A DNA stretch of 42,180 bases from a virus (lineage: Duplodnaviria > Caudoviricetes). The first letter of the stretch is position 1. Each line of letters begins with the position of its first letter. Below, one piece after another: positions 1 through 9,511 of this stretch. The DNA is taken from positions 1 to 42,180 of the IMG/VR virus record IMGVR_UViG_3300005611_000063; one strand, 5' to 3'. The position numbers were made by a program, and so were the translations under genes. Under the pieces are notes generated by a model. It was not told the DNA's origin and ran no database searches. It saw only the letters and a list, made by a program, of their open reading frames with translations.

Positions 1-59
1 ACAGTTAAAAACACATTTTATGCATATGGCATAACCAAAAAACAAAAGGCAAATTTTAA

Positions 60-647
60 ATGATTAACATTACTCAGTACCATGATCAAATCTACTACCC
101 TGTTGCCAATGCAATGGGTGTTGATAGCCCTGAAAGATGGGCGACTTTATGCATGATATCGGCGCATGAAAGCGGGTTTGGTTCGTATGTTCGCCAAGCC
201 ATTAGCAGCGGCACAGGTTACGGCAACGCTTGCGGGATGCAGCAGATGGAAAAGCCAGCAGTGAACCAAGTGATTAAAAAATACTCGAAAGCTGAATTGC
301 ACTTTAACAATGCGTTTACTCAGTCACGCGGTTGGCATTGGCGCGAAATGATAGCGATGAAGTCAATTGATCAGGTTATGGACTTGATTAAGTCAGACTT
401 AAAAGTGAGTTGCTTTTTTGCCATTTGCTACATGTTAGACGACCCAAAACCACTACCAAAGCTTGATGTTGATCTAATGGCTCAGTGGTGCAAAGAGCGC
501 TGGAACACAAATGCAGGCAAGGCGAGCGAGCAGAAATATATTAACGACTTTGAGCGGCATTGTGGCGGCTTAATTGAATGCTTGCGCGTTAGACCGCATC
601 ATTATGACGAGGCCCAGTTAATAGGCGGATTTGGGGCGGTGGATTGA
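60..647 (+). CDS. putative endolysin / lysozyme-fold transglycosylase
   Basis: AHESG catalytic-Glu motif, G-x-x-QME motif and C-terminal WNTxxGKA motif, typical of phage lysozyme-like proteins. Confidence 0.65.
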   Translation: MINITQYHDQIYYPVANAMGVDSPERWATLCMISAHESGFGSYVRQAISSGTGYGNACGMQQMEKPAVNQVIKKYSKAELHFNNAFTQSRGWHWREMIAMKSIDQVMDLIKSDLKVSCFFAICYMLDDPKPLPKLDVDLMAQWCKERWNTNAGKASEQKYINDFERHCGGLIECLRVRPHHYDEAQLIGGFGAVD

Positions 648-648
648 T

Positions 649-825
649 GTGGATGAGTTAAATAGAGGAGCGCAAATAAAGGCAATAAACACTTTTAGCA
701 ATGTCTTAATTGACGCTTTTAATAACTTAAATAAAATGGAGCTAACAACACACAAAAACCATCTTGTAAGCCTGGTGCAAATAACGAAAGCTGAAACGAT
801 AAAAGATTTGACACAAAACAAATAA
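649..825 (+). CDS. small hypothetical protein
   Basis: GTG just after the endolysin stop; ORF track 631..825. Confidence 0.4.
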   Translation: MDELNRGAQIKAINTFSNVLIDAFNNLNKMELTTHKNHLVSLVQITKAETIKDLTQNK

Positions 826-880
826 GCAGCAATAATCTGACTGTAGTTATTATTTTACTTCATTTAAATTACCATAATCA

Positions 881-910
881 AAAAGGCCAGCTCGAACTGG
901 TCTTTTTTTT
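881..910 (+). terminator. Rho-independent terminator
   Basis: aaaaggccag-ctcgaa-ctggtctttttttt hairpin plus T-tract. Confidence 0.8.
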
Positions 911-961
911 GCCCGCAATTTAGTCTACAATCAAGCGTATTATTAGCAGAGAGTAAAAATC

Positions 962-1204
962 ATGCTTGACGTTACAAGTTTAGTATTACGAGCAATCAAA
1001 CCAGATCAACTAAAACACGACTTAAACGCAATCTCTCATGTCAGCTTTGAGTCGCTTGAGGCGGGCCACTTAGACGATTTTCTAGTGGGTTGGCTTAACG
1101 ATCAAATTGATATCCCGTTTGTCAGCGAGCGCGCTGAAGCTTACGTTATTTCAGAGTGCATTGAATACGTTCGCGCCGTTGCCGTTGCATTATTTGAGGG
1201 TTAG
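962..1204 (+). CDS. hypothetical protein
   Basis: 80-aa ORF with gagag RBS-like sequence, directly before the head genes. Confidence 0.7.
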   Translation: MLDVTSLVLRAIKPDQLKHDLNAISHVSFESLEAGHLDDFLVGWLNDQIDIPFVSERAEAYVISECIEYVRAVAVALFEG

Positions 1205-1207
1205 CGA

Positions 1208-2338
1208 ATGGCTTTTATTGTAGTTAACTCGACAGTTAGAAATACAGCGATAAAAACTGATAAGCGCAACGGCGAGACGTACTACCAATTTAAGGGTGTG
1301 CCCGTGGTCCGCGATGGCGCGGTTATGAACGGTCTGTTATATGATGCTAAGGATAACGCAGCGGGTATGGACTCGATAAGTGACAAGGTAATCACTTATC
1401 GACACCCCGTCGCAAACGGCAAGCCAGTTGATGCTTATTCAAAAACGGGCCTGCAAGAGCATTACATTGGCGGTCATATCATTAACAAATATTTGGACGG
1501 TGATATCTGGCGCGTTGATTTTGAAGTTAAAAAATCACTTGCTGATACTCAATCACCAGAGTTAGTTAAGCGAATTGAAAACCGCGAAGACATTGGTGTT
1601 AGCACCGGATTACGAACCAAAATCCAAGCCGCTAATGGTGTAGCGTTTGGCAAAGAGTACACGGGTAAAGCAACGAAGCAAGTTTATAACCACCTTGCAA
1701 TGCTTCCGAGCGACGAACCTCCAGCGGGCGGCGATGACACTGTAATTCGGTTCAATGGCGAAGACGAGAAATTCATAACTATTAACGCTGATGAGTGGCA
1801 AGAAATTGAAGACGACAAGCCAAGTAAATCCCTCATTAACAAGTTAGCGGACGCTTTATCAGAAAAGTTTGCAATAAGCAATAAAAAAGCTGATAATCTA
1901 AATACTAACCCAGTTACAAATCAATTAAGCGGTGATCAAGTGAAAATTGAAGATATGAAGGCGGCCCTTAAAAAAGGCGGCAAGCTAAAAGACAACATGA
2001 GCGAGGACGATATTAAATCTGCTTACGCTAATATGTCAAAAACAGCGAACACGACCGACAACGGCAAGCCTCGCGTAAATAGCGAAGACATGCAGGCCGC
2101 AATTAATGCAGCAATTGAGCCATTGCAAGCCAAAATTGCAGAGCTTGAAACGGCGCAAAACGCAGACGTTAACGCTGAAAAAGAAAAGCTAGGCGTTGCG
2201 CTAGGCTTGGAAAAAGACGAAGCGCTAGCAATTAACGTTGACACGTTGCGTAAAATGGCGGCCAAGGGCGGAACCACGCAAGGCTTAGGCGGCGCGACGG
2301 TTACGACTAATTCAGAAACTTTTGATTTGCCGGGGTAA
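1208..2338 (+). CDS. prohead protease/scaffold protein (DUF2213-like)
   Basis: VMNGLLY, HP, GVSTG and NHLAML motifs; coiled-coil C-terminus; lies before decoration and capsid genes. Confidence 0.8.
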   Translation: MAFIVVNSTVRNTAIKTDKRNGETYYQFKGVPVVRDGAVMNGLLYDAKDNAAGMDSISDKVITYRHPVANGKPVDAYSKTGLQEHYIGGHIINKYLDGDIWRVDFEVKKSLADTQSPELVKRIENREDIGVSTGLRTKIQAANGVAFGKEYTGKATKQVYNHLAMLPSDEPPAGGDDTVIRFNGEDEKFITINADEWQEIEDDKPSKSLINKLADALSEKFAISNKKADNLNTNPVTNQLSGDQVKIEDMKAALKKGGKLKDNMSEDDIKSAYANMSKTANTTDNGKPRVNSEDMQAAINAAIEPLQAKIAELETAQNADVNAEKEKLGVALGLEKDEALAINVDTLRKMAAKGGTTQGLGGATVTTNSETFDLPG

Positions 2339-2344
2339 ACGAAC

Positions 2345-2779
2345 ATGAGTACAGTTTTTGCAGGCCCGTTTATTGCGGGTACAGATTTGTGCGCGGGTGC
2401 GTATGATGAGAATATTTCAACAGCTACGGTGCGCGTAGGCGCATTAGTTAGCGGCGGTGATGAGTCAGCACTTGCGAATACAGATTTCTCACAAGACGCA
2501 ACGTTCGCTGTTGAGCTTGGCGACGGTTATGGCGTGCCGTTTGGCGGTACTTATGCAAGCGGCGCACTGGTTCGCAGCATTGCGCTACGTCCAAAACAGC
2601 GAGCGCGTGTTTTAGTTGCGAATGGTCAAACGTTAGTCAGGGGTACTCAACTTGGTTCAAACGGCGACGGCACGCTGTCGGTAGTTGCTGTCACAGATGA
2701 CACCCAAAAAGTATTAGTTAAGTCGCTTGAAGCAACTACAACAAGCGGTGTTACTTCAATTTTAGTGGAGCGCGTGTAA
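2345..2779 (+). CDS. capsid decoration/cement protein
   Basis: 144-aa beta-rich protein with SNGDGTL motif, between scaffold and capsid genes. Confidence 0.7.
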   Translation: MSTVFAGPFIAGTDLCAGAYDENISTATVRVGALVSGGDESALANTDFSQDATFAVELGDGYGVPFGGTYASGALVRSIALRPKQRARVLVANGQTLVRGTQLGSNGDGTLSVVAVTDDTQKVLVKSLEATTTSGVTSILVERV

Positions 2780-2780
2780 T

Positions 2781-3827
2781 ATGTTTTTTAGTAAAGAGCA
2801 CATCAAAACACTAGATAGCGCGTCTCAGCGTGCAATGAATCAGCAATGGAAACAATTCTACCAGCCACGCCGACAAGCAACAGCGGCAGACTTTGAAAAG
2901 TCGTTACTACAAGTCAATGCTGGCGTTTCCCCGGCTCAGGCTTACCAAGAATTTGACTCGCGCACAATGTTAGAAGCGGTTCCAGCGGGTGAGCATGAAA
3001 CATGGCGTCGCATGGTGTCTGGCGGCTCAGTCATTAACGGTATTGGTCGCCTTGTGTCAACTTCACCGCGCACCAACGAGCTAGAGCGCGGCACAGTTAG
3101 CTTGTTTGGTAACACTGGCGCTAACTTGGATAATATCCAGACCACATATCAAAGCACAGTTATTCCATTATTCGAAAAAGCGGTAACCCAGCAATGGCGT
3201 GAATTTGCGGCAACTCAACAAGACGGCTATGACGTTTTAGTTCCATTGATGCGCGAACAAGAGCGCTCAATGATCGCAACTGTCAACGATTATTTGTGGG
3301 CTGGTGATGCGTCAATTACGTTTAATGATTCGCTCGGCAATAGTGCAACATGGCTAGGCCTGCGAAATGACCCAACTGTCGGGACTTACTCGCTTACAGT
3401 TGATATGACATCAAACGCCGTAACAACTGAACAAAAATACAATGAATTCAAAGTTGCTCGTGATGTTTTACGTGTCAGTAACTTATTAAGCGGAGACGTT
3501 TCTGTAGCCGTATCTCGTGAGATTATGAGCGCATTTGAAACGCCATACTCAACAGCCGACGCAACTTACGGCATGTTAAAAGACATGTTATTGAAACTAA
3601 GTGGCATTGGTGAGATTTACGAAGACCCAGAGCTGTCGGGAAACCAAATGTTGTTTGCTAAATTCTCGCAAGATGGCACGCACGCGGTAACTGGACTCGG
3701 TTTATCTTCGTTTAAAGCTCAACGTCAAGACATTGACAGCCCGCACATTTGGCGCAAAATGCTGGCTCAAGGCTTTATTTCTAAAAATACAGCAGCAGGC
3801 CGCAAGACTGCACTGTACTGTAGCTAA
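2781..3827 (+). CDS. major capsid protein
   Basis: 348 aa; position; WLGLRND motif and HK97-fold-like layout. Confidence 0.8.
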   Translation: MFFSKEHIKTLDSASQRAMNQQWKQFYQPRRQATAADFEKSLLQVNAGVSPAQAYQEFDSRTMLEAVPAGEHETWRRMVSGGSVINGIGRLVSTSPRTNELERGTVSLFGNTGANLDNIQTTYQSTVIPLFEKAVTQQWREFAATQQDGYDVLVPLMREQERSMIATVNDYLWAGDASITFNDSLGNSATWLGLRNDPTVGTYSLTVDMTSNAVTTEQKYNEFKVARDVLRVSNLLSGDVSVAVSREIMSAFETPYSTADATYGMLKDMLLKLSGIGEIYEDPELSGNQMLFAKFSQDGTHAVTGLGLSSFKAQRQDIDSPHIWRKMLAQGFISKNTAAGRKTALYCS

Positions 3828-3839
3828 GGGGGATAAATA

Positions 3840-4169
3840 ATGGCTAAAAAAGGGTACAAAGAAGTCTTTGTCAAGTGTAGCGGCGTTTTTGCGTCGTTAC
3901 CTGATAGCAAAGATTCGACCAAAAACAAGACTCAAGAGCTGCCAATTGGACGCACTGAGCTGCCGCAAGCAATCGCGCAACGCTTGATCAAAACCAGCAA
4001 TAAAGTTGTTGAGTTTAATGAAAGTCTAATGTCAAGCGCGGAAGCTGATGACAAGGCAGAAATCGCAAAACTTGAAAAAGAAGTTAAGCGACTTAATGCA
4101 CTTGTTAAAAAACTTGAAAAACCAGTTGACGAAGACAAGGTTTTAGTCAACAATGAAGGTGTTGATTAG
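3840..4169 (+). CDS. hypothetical protein (post-capsid, coiled-coil C-terminus)
   Basis: Strong RBS ggggg; follows the capsid gene. Confidence 0.75.
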   Translation: MAKKGYKEVFVKCSGVFASLPDSKDSTKNKTQELPIGRTELPQAIAQRLIKTSNKVVEFNESLMSSAEADDKAEIAKLEKEVKRLNALVKKLEKPVDEDKVLVNNEGVD

Positions 4170-4351
4170 TCAACTCCTTCTGTTTTGTGGTTATTGGGCC
4201 AGCTTCTTAGCTGGCCTTTTTTTTGCTCAAATTCTAGTATTGATTCGGCTATGCAATCGGCTAAGCTCAAAGTTGAGCCTGCTTTCTCGTCTTGCCCAGT
4301 GATACCCATTGCAGCGTGCAATGATTCTTGATAAATATCGCATTCGTTCAT
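4166..4351 (-). CDS. antisense accessory (moron) protein
   Basis: RBS gaggg and motif promoter at 4384-4447. Confidence 0.6.
   Translation of the reverse strand: MNECDIYQESLHAAMGITGQDEKAGSTLSLADCIAESILEFEQKKGQLRSWPNNHKTEGVD
4197..4224 (+). terminator. terminator after the capsid operon
   Basis: ggccagct-tctt-agctggcc plus T-tract. Confidence 0.8.
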
Positions 4352-4383
4352 TTTTTATAAATCCCTCTATTTAAGTTGTATAA

Positions 4384-4447
4384 AGTTTAGGCTAATTGAC
4401 GCTAAAACTTAAATACTCAATACTTATAAGCTATTCATTTTTGCTAT
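4384..4447 (-). promoter_or_regulatory. motif promoter (phased operator array plus sigma70-type boxes)
   Basis: Minus strand AGTAT-TTAAGT-N17-TAAACT; plus-strand half-sites ATACT/CTTAT/ATTCA/GCTAT at 10-bp spacing. Confidence 0.6.
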
Positions 4448-4486
4448 ATACTTAAACGCAATTATCTGATAGAGAGCTAAACAAAC

Positions 4487-4774
4487 ATGGCAACGATACC
4501 CAATATCACAATCCCAGCTAATACACTGTTTGATTTTTACGCAGACGCTACAGTGGTAGCGGCTGGGATTAACCCGCAAGATGCAGTCAACATCAAACTA
4601 GAATCAAGCGGCAATCTGAAAATAAATGAGTCACTAGATGGTTCGACAATCGAAACGGCATACAGAAGTATTGACAGCCGCGATTTAGTCGCAGAAATAA
4701 CGCCGAGCGGAACAGATAGGATTTGGCTATATGCCACCCCTGAACCGGTGGTTATTAATGTAGAGGCGGTGTAA
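4487..4774 (+). CDS. small virion-associated protein, possible fibre adaptor
   Basis: 95-aa beta-rich ORF closely linked to the 1370-aa gene. Confidence 0.6.
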   Translation: MATIPNITIPANTLFDFYADATVVAAGINPQDAVNIKLESSGNLKINESLDGSTIETAYRSIDSRDLVAEITPSGTDRIWLYATPEPVVINVEAV

Positions 4775-4776
4775 CT

Positions 4777-7700
4777 ATGACGATTAAAATATATAGCGTT
4801 TCATCTACGGGTGTTGGCGGTGGCGCGGCTGTAACGATGGGGCCAGAACAAAATGTTTTTACTGGCGCAGACAAGGCAACGGCGGAAGCGGCGCGGGATG
4901 CTTACGCGCTAGCTAATGCCGCGTGGCTTGCTCAATATGACGCTAATAACCTGCTAAATATTCGCCTTGATTATGATGATGGCGGTAATGCTGTCGCTGA
5001 ATTTCAATCTCGTGACGGTTCAGCGTGGCGCAAGAACGAAAGCGCGGTTGGTGTAAAAGGCGCGGCGGGTTCGTCTGCCAGTGTTGATGATACAGCGTTT
5101 GGCCCTAGCTGGGACGGCGTTACGGGTGTCGCCCCAAGTAAAAACTCGGTTTATGACGAAGTTAGCGGCATTAACGGGCAGCTAACAAAGCTTAATTCAT
5201 ACGCGACAGCAACCGACCCAGCGCTAAATTCTGCAATAACTACAGCGGTTGTAGACGGTAACGCGGGCATTATTTTAACGACAACTACCACGGGTAATAA
5301 CCAATCCATCGCAGCGCCAACGGACACAACAGCGGGTAAGTGTTTCATGGTCGGCTTGACAGCCGCGTCAACTGATGTTGTAAAAGTTGACAGCACGACT
5401 GTGCAAGTTGGTCAAGTTGTTGTTTTCACTTGGGATGGTGCAGAGTGGATCAACGATCCAACACAAGACGCGGTTTTGATTAGTCAATCGACTGGCTGGA
5501 TTAGCGGTTGTGATATATCAATTAATGTTGATCCAACCAAGTTTGATGTTAGCGCGGGCGTTGTATGCGTGATGGACACATACACAGACCCAAATAAACC
5601 AGTATTAACAACTGTCGCATTTGGCGGTGTAACTGGTATCACTCCAGCTAATACAGCGTTACCAGTTACAGCATTGGCTATTGATGCGACTGGCAGTGTA
5701 ATTGAATCAAACAATGGCTTTACTGGAGAAGCAATCCGAGATAACGCTGTTATTGGGTCGGTTGGGCACCCATCTGGCGGCGTTATTACGACAGTTAACG
5801 AGTTTACGACAGCGCCAAATGCTAACTTAGCATCAACACTTAATGACCTTGGCGAAGCGCTTGGGACAGTCAATGTTAGCGGTAACGTAATCAGTGCAAA
5901 CGGCCCTAATTTAAAACTTGATTGCTCGGCGGGTAGTATTTTTCGTGTTGGTGTTAATGCCAAAGATAACGCAAAAAACCCCAACGAAATTAGCGGCGCT
6001 ACGGTTGCGGCGTTTCCGTTCTTCTACACTTGGCGTAACGGCGTAGGCGGTTTTGAAATTGCAAGTGCTACTGATGTTTTGCCCGGGGCGTATGATGACG
6101 GCACAGGCGGCGTAGGAACCCCCAACGGCTCAGTTGGAAATAACGAGTGGTCTATTCACAGGGTTTTTGTTGAGCGTTCGACGGGTACATTTGCATTGCA
6201 ATTCGGCACAGCTACATACGGAAGCAAAGCGGATGCTATTGCTAACATTAAATCAGAGCCATTCGATAAAAATCCAGCGTTGCGCGGGTGGGTGTTGCGG
6301 TCAGCGGTAATTGTTAAGGGCAATGCAACAGATTTAAGTAATTTAACCGACGCTGATTTTGTGTCATATGGTAAGTTTGGTGACGACAGCGCAGCAGGCG
6401 CAACGACTAGCACAACCACACTACAGAGCGCGTATGACAACAGCGCAGGACAACCAAAGGTTTTAACTGATGCAGCAGGTGGGGCTGTTGCTTTACAACG
6501 CGGTTCAGCGGCTGATACTGATTTTGTTTTAGAAGCAAGAAACGGCGCAGGTACAACAACATTTTCAGTTGACGGCAATGGGTTAACAACTGCCTCAACT
6601 TTGACAGATGGCACAATAACAGTGACGGGCGGCAACATATCCGGCGCAACTAGTGTAAGTGCAACAAGCCTAACTGGCACGCTACAGACAGCGGCACAGC
6701 CAAATATTACTAGCGTTGGAACGTTGTCGGCGCTTGCTGTGACTGGCACGGTAACGCATACCGGAACAAGCGTTATCAATGGTGCAATACAGGGAACTGG
6801 CGACATATCACGGACGGGCAACGCTACGCTAACGGGCAATTTAACAATTGATACTAACACTTTTATTGTTGATAGCGTAAATGATCGGGTTGGTATCAAT
6901 AAAACCCCAGACAGCGGCACGTCGCTGGACGTTAAATCTCTTTCAACATCCGCAGAAATTCAACGCTGGACGAGCACAGACGATCAAGTAGCTGCATCGA
7001 TTAGAGAAGAAGCGGATACGTCATCAAGTTTTAATTTATTTGATGCCAGTGAAGCGACAGCAGTTAGAATTTTGTCTAATGGAGATAGTTATTTTAATGG
7101 CGGTAATGTATTAATCGGCAAAGCAACAACCCCTTTTAATTTAGTGGGGATAAACCTTGAACCAGATGGTAATGTAACCTCCACAAGATCAGGCAGCGCT
7201 TCCGCGAGTTTCAACAGACTTACGAATGATGGGGATATAGTTCAATTCTTTCAAGACACTTCTGAGATTGGATCGATTGGGTCAAGTGGTACAAATCTAT
7301 ATATTGGCGCTAACAATATTCAAACTATTACAATGGATAGTAGCGGTAACGTCGGTATTAGAACGTCCTCACCAAGCGCGCCCCTTGATTTATTAGTTAA
7401 TGGCCCATCTACAGATATATTTAGATTCGGTGACAGCTCAAGATGGCAGTTTAAAAGCGAGTCTGACACAAGATATTTGACGCTTGAGCGTAGAGATTTA
7501 GGGAGCGGCGCTCGGCAAGCTATTACTATAGATGGCGATACGGGGAATATTGGCCTAGGTACGACAGAAACTGGTGGAGCAAAGCTAGCAATATCAAGTA
7601 TCGGGTCAACATCCTTCAGAGTCATTTCTGATGATGCGGACAATGGGTACTACGCCGAGTTAGCATCATATTTCAACGGTGGGTCAACTTTATTTAATGT

Positions 7701-8889
7701 TGACCCGACATTACCCAGCAACAACTATCGAAGAATGATCGGTTTTGATAATGATTTTGCAGGGAAAGCTATCAGGGTCGGTGATGCGGCAGACAATGCC
7801 AATACAATGATCGAAGCTGGAACAGAAATTGAATTGAAAGCGCCTGTTGTTTCGGTCGATAACAGTTTTACAATTGGAGGCAGAGCTGGCTTAGGTACAG
7901 ATTCGCCCGTTAGCGTGCTCGACATTAGAAACACAAGCGCGGATGCACTAGGCATTTATAGAGCTTTAGACGTTGGCACAGTTGGCACCGCTGGAACGTT
8001 AATTAGTCTTGGCGCTTTGAATGGCACTACCGCAACTGCTGGAGCACAGATTGAAGGTAATTTAAAAGCGGATGGTTTAAACGGTGGTTTTAGCATTAAA
8101 ACGCTTACCGCCGGATCGTTAACTGACAAATTAACTATTGCGGACACTGGCAACGTTGGCATAAATGACGCCAGCCCCTTAAATAAGCTAAGCATAGCCG
8201 CAGTTGGCGAAGATGCTATAAAAATAGATGGCGGAGCCGATTTTACAGGTATTCAGCTTGCAAGCTCTGCTAACTCCTACTCGTTGCGAACCTCCTCGTC
8301 TGATAAATTCTTTATCTATGATAATAACGCGACATCCGAGAGGATAACGCTGAATGAACTTGGTTATCTCGGCATAAACAAGCCAAGCCCAAATGCCACG
8401 CTAGATGTTGGCGGCGAAACGAGAATATACCCAGCCAGCGGAACGGCAACGCTGCGCTTTGGCGAAGGAACTACTGAAAAAGGTAAGATTGCGGTTGACA
8501 ATGCGTCAAATATGACATTTGAAACGGCTGGGCAAACTAGATTGACGGTGGGTCCAACTGGTGTTGTTGCGGTAGCTAACTCGCTAACAGTCGGCGGAAA
8601 TGAAGTAAAAGGCGCTATCAAAGCGACTGGTGATCTTAACGCAGCTACAGGTGGATCAGCTAATGGCAATCAAAACTATGCTTTTGACGTTACTGTAACG
8701 GGGGCGGTAGCTGGGGATTGCGTTGCTGTTAACATGCACCCAACCACACTAGCTAGCATTGAAGCTGCAAACGCTGATTTTACACTAGCAGCGGTTGTTA
8801 AATCTGCAAACACTGTTCGCGTATTTTTCAGAGTTAGTAGCTTTATTAGCATTGGCGCAAGTGAAGTTATCAATATCTTTGTAAACTAA
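4777..8889 (+). CDS. large fibre-like structural protein
   Basis: G/T/S/A-rich; about 7 GNVGI-type fibre repeats (DRVGIN, GNVLIG, GNVGIR, GNIGLG, GRAGLG, GNVGIN, GYLGIN). Confidence 0.75.
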   Translation: MTIKIYSVSSTGVGGGAAVTMGPEQNVFTGADKATAEAARDAYALANAAWLAQYDANNLLNIRLDYDDGGNAVAEFQSRDGSAWRKNESAVGVKGAAGSSASVDDTAFGPSWDGVTGVAPSKNSVYDEVSGINGQLTKLNSYATATDPALNSAITTAVVDGNAGIILTTTTTGNNQSIAAPTDTTAGKCFMVGLTAASTDVVKVDSTTVQVGQVVVFTWDGAEWINDPTQDAVLISQSTGWISGCDISINVDPTKFDVSAGVVCVMDTYTDPNKPVLTTVAFGGVTGITPANTALPVTALAIDATGSVIESNNGFTGEAIRDNAVIGSVGHPSGGVITTVNEFTTAPNANLASTLNDLGEALGTVNVSGNVISANGPNLKLDCSAGSIFRVGVNAKDNAKNPNEISGATVAAFPFFYTWRNGVGGFEIASATDVLPGAYDDGTGGVGTPNGSVGNNEWSIHRVFVERSTGTFALQFGTATYGSKADAIANIKSEPFDKNPALRGWVLRSAVIVKGNATDLSNLTDADFVSYGKFGDDSAAGATTSTTTLQSAYDNSAGQPKVLTDAAGGAVALQRGSAADTDFVLEARNGAGTTTFSVDGNGLTTASTLTDGTITVTGGNISGATSVSATSLTGTLQTAAQPNITSVGTLSALAVTGTVTHTGTSVINGAIQGTGDISRTGNATLTGNLTIDTNTFIVDSVNDRVGINKTPDSGTSLDVKSLSTSAEIQRWTSTDDQVAASIREEADTSSSFNLFDASEATAVRILSNGDSYFNGGNVLIGKATTPFNLVGINLEPDGNVTSTRSGSASASFNRLTNDGDIVQFFQDTSEIGSIGSSGTNLYIGANNIQTITMDSSGNVGIRTSSPSAPLDLLVNGPSTDIFRFGDSSRWQFKSESDTRYLTLERRDLGSGARQAITIDGDTGNIGLGTTETGGAKLAISSIGSTSFRVISDDADNGYYAELASYFNGGSTLFNVDPTLPSNNYRRMIGFDNDFAGKAIRVGDAADNANTMIEAGTEIELKAPVVSVDNSFTIGGRAGLGTDSPVSVLDIRNTSADALGIYRALDVGTVGTAGTLISLGALNGTTATAGAQIEGNLKADGLNGGFSIKTLTAGSLTDKLTIADTGNVGINDASPLNKLSIAAVGEDAIKIDGGADFTGIQLASSANSYSLRTSSSDKFFIYDNNATSERITLNELGYLGINKPSPNATLDVGGETRIYPASGTATLRFGEGTTEKGKIAVDNASNMTFETAGQTRLTVGPTGVVAVANSLTVGGNEVKGAIKATGDLNAATGGSANGNQNYAFDVTVTGAVAGDCVAVNMHPTTLASIEAANADFTLAAVVKSANTVRVFFRVSSFISIGASEVINIFVN

Positions 8890-8981
8890 AACAAAAAGCC
8901 CCGTTTATTCGGGGCTTTCTCTTAATTAAACCACCTCAACCAATTCCGGCTTATTCGCTTTAAGCCACTTCAATAACTTTT
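8836..8981 (+). repeat. direct repeat A, copy 1 (fibre 3' end, terminator, remnant of 77-aa gene 3' end)
   Basis: Near-identical to 9511-9655. Confidence 0.95.
8893..8920. terminator. bidirectional terminator
   Basis: aaaaagccccg-tttatt-cggggctttct between convergent genes. Confidence 0.85.
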
Positions 8982-9466
8982 TCCAAATTAGCTTTTATTG
9001 CCTCGTAAATTGGGATGTTATTTTTATACATTTTCGCGCTTTCTGGGGTGGTTTCTGTTGCGTTTAAGATTCTATCTATAAAAGCATTATAAGAAATTGA
9101 AACTTGACAGCCAGCGCTAACAACTACCTGTTTATTTTTTATGTGGAATAATATAGCCCTTGATCTTGCGCCTTGGTTTAATAGTTGGCAACTGTTTTCT
9201 AGTCCAATTTCAACGCCTGAGCCAATTTCAACGCCTGCGCCAATTTCAACGTATGCGCCAATTTTAACGTATGCGCCAATTTTAACGTCTAAGCTAATTT
9301 TAACGCATTCGCCAATTTTAACGCCTGAGTTAATCCAAACAGGCCGTGATTGATCTGGAAGCGTGGTGTCATTTGGTATCACAGCCCCAACCTCACCAGC
9401 CTTTACACCCCAAAAGTCAACTAAAGCCACCAATCTTCTATCTTCATTCAATTTCCAGTATTTCAT
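8960..9466 (-). CDS. hexapeptide-repeat (left-handed beta-helix) accessory protein
   Basis: VKIGxx repeats; N-terminal ALVDFWGVKAGEVG and C-terminal V-x-AGC motifs of a common phage family; RBS gagg. Confidence 0.8.
   Translation of the reverse strand: MKYWKLNEDRRLVALVDFWGVKAGEVGAVIPNDTTLPDQSRPVWINSGVKIGECVKISLDVKIGAYVKIGAYVEIGAGVEIGSGVEIGLENSCQLLNQGARSRAILFHIKNKQVVVSAGCQVSISYNAFIDRILNATETTPESAKMYKNNIPIYEAIKANLEKVIEVA
9204..9329. repeat. 18-bp tandem repeat x7 (coding)
   Basis: ccaatt(t/c)-type 18-bp units encoding the hexapeptides. Confidence 0.9.
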
Positions 9467-9511
9467 TTTTGTCTTACCTCGTTGTTTTGTTGAGTTAATA
9501 ATATGTGTAAA
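9464..9511 (-). repeat. direct repeat B, copy 1 (-10 box, leader, RBS, ATG)
   Basis: 48 bp identical to 9831-9878. Confidence 0.95.

Noticed and set aside
1202-1210. TAG recoding (80-aa ORF in frame with the protease)
   Set aside because: All core genes are intact in the standard code, and gaggg precedes the 1208 ATG
5151-8873. Long minus-strand ORFs opposite the fibre gene (likewise opposite the tape measure, helicase and portal genes)
   Set aside because: Shadow frames of strongly biased coding sequence, with no RBS or motifs
9204-9329. CRISPR-like array
   Set aside because: Units are contiguous 18-mers without spacers and encode hexapeptide repeats
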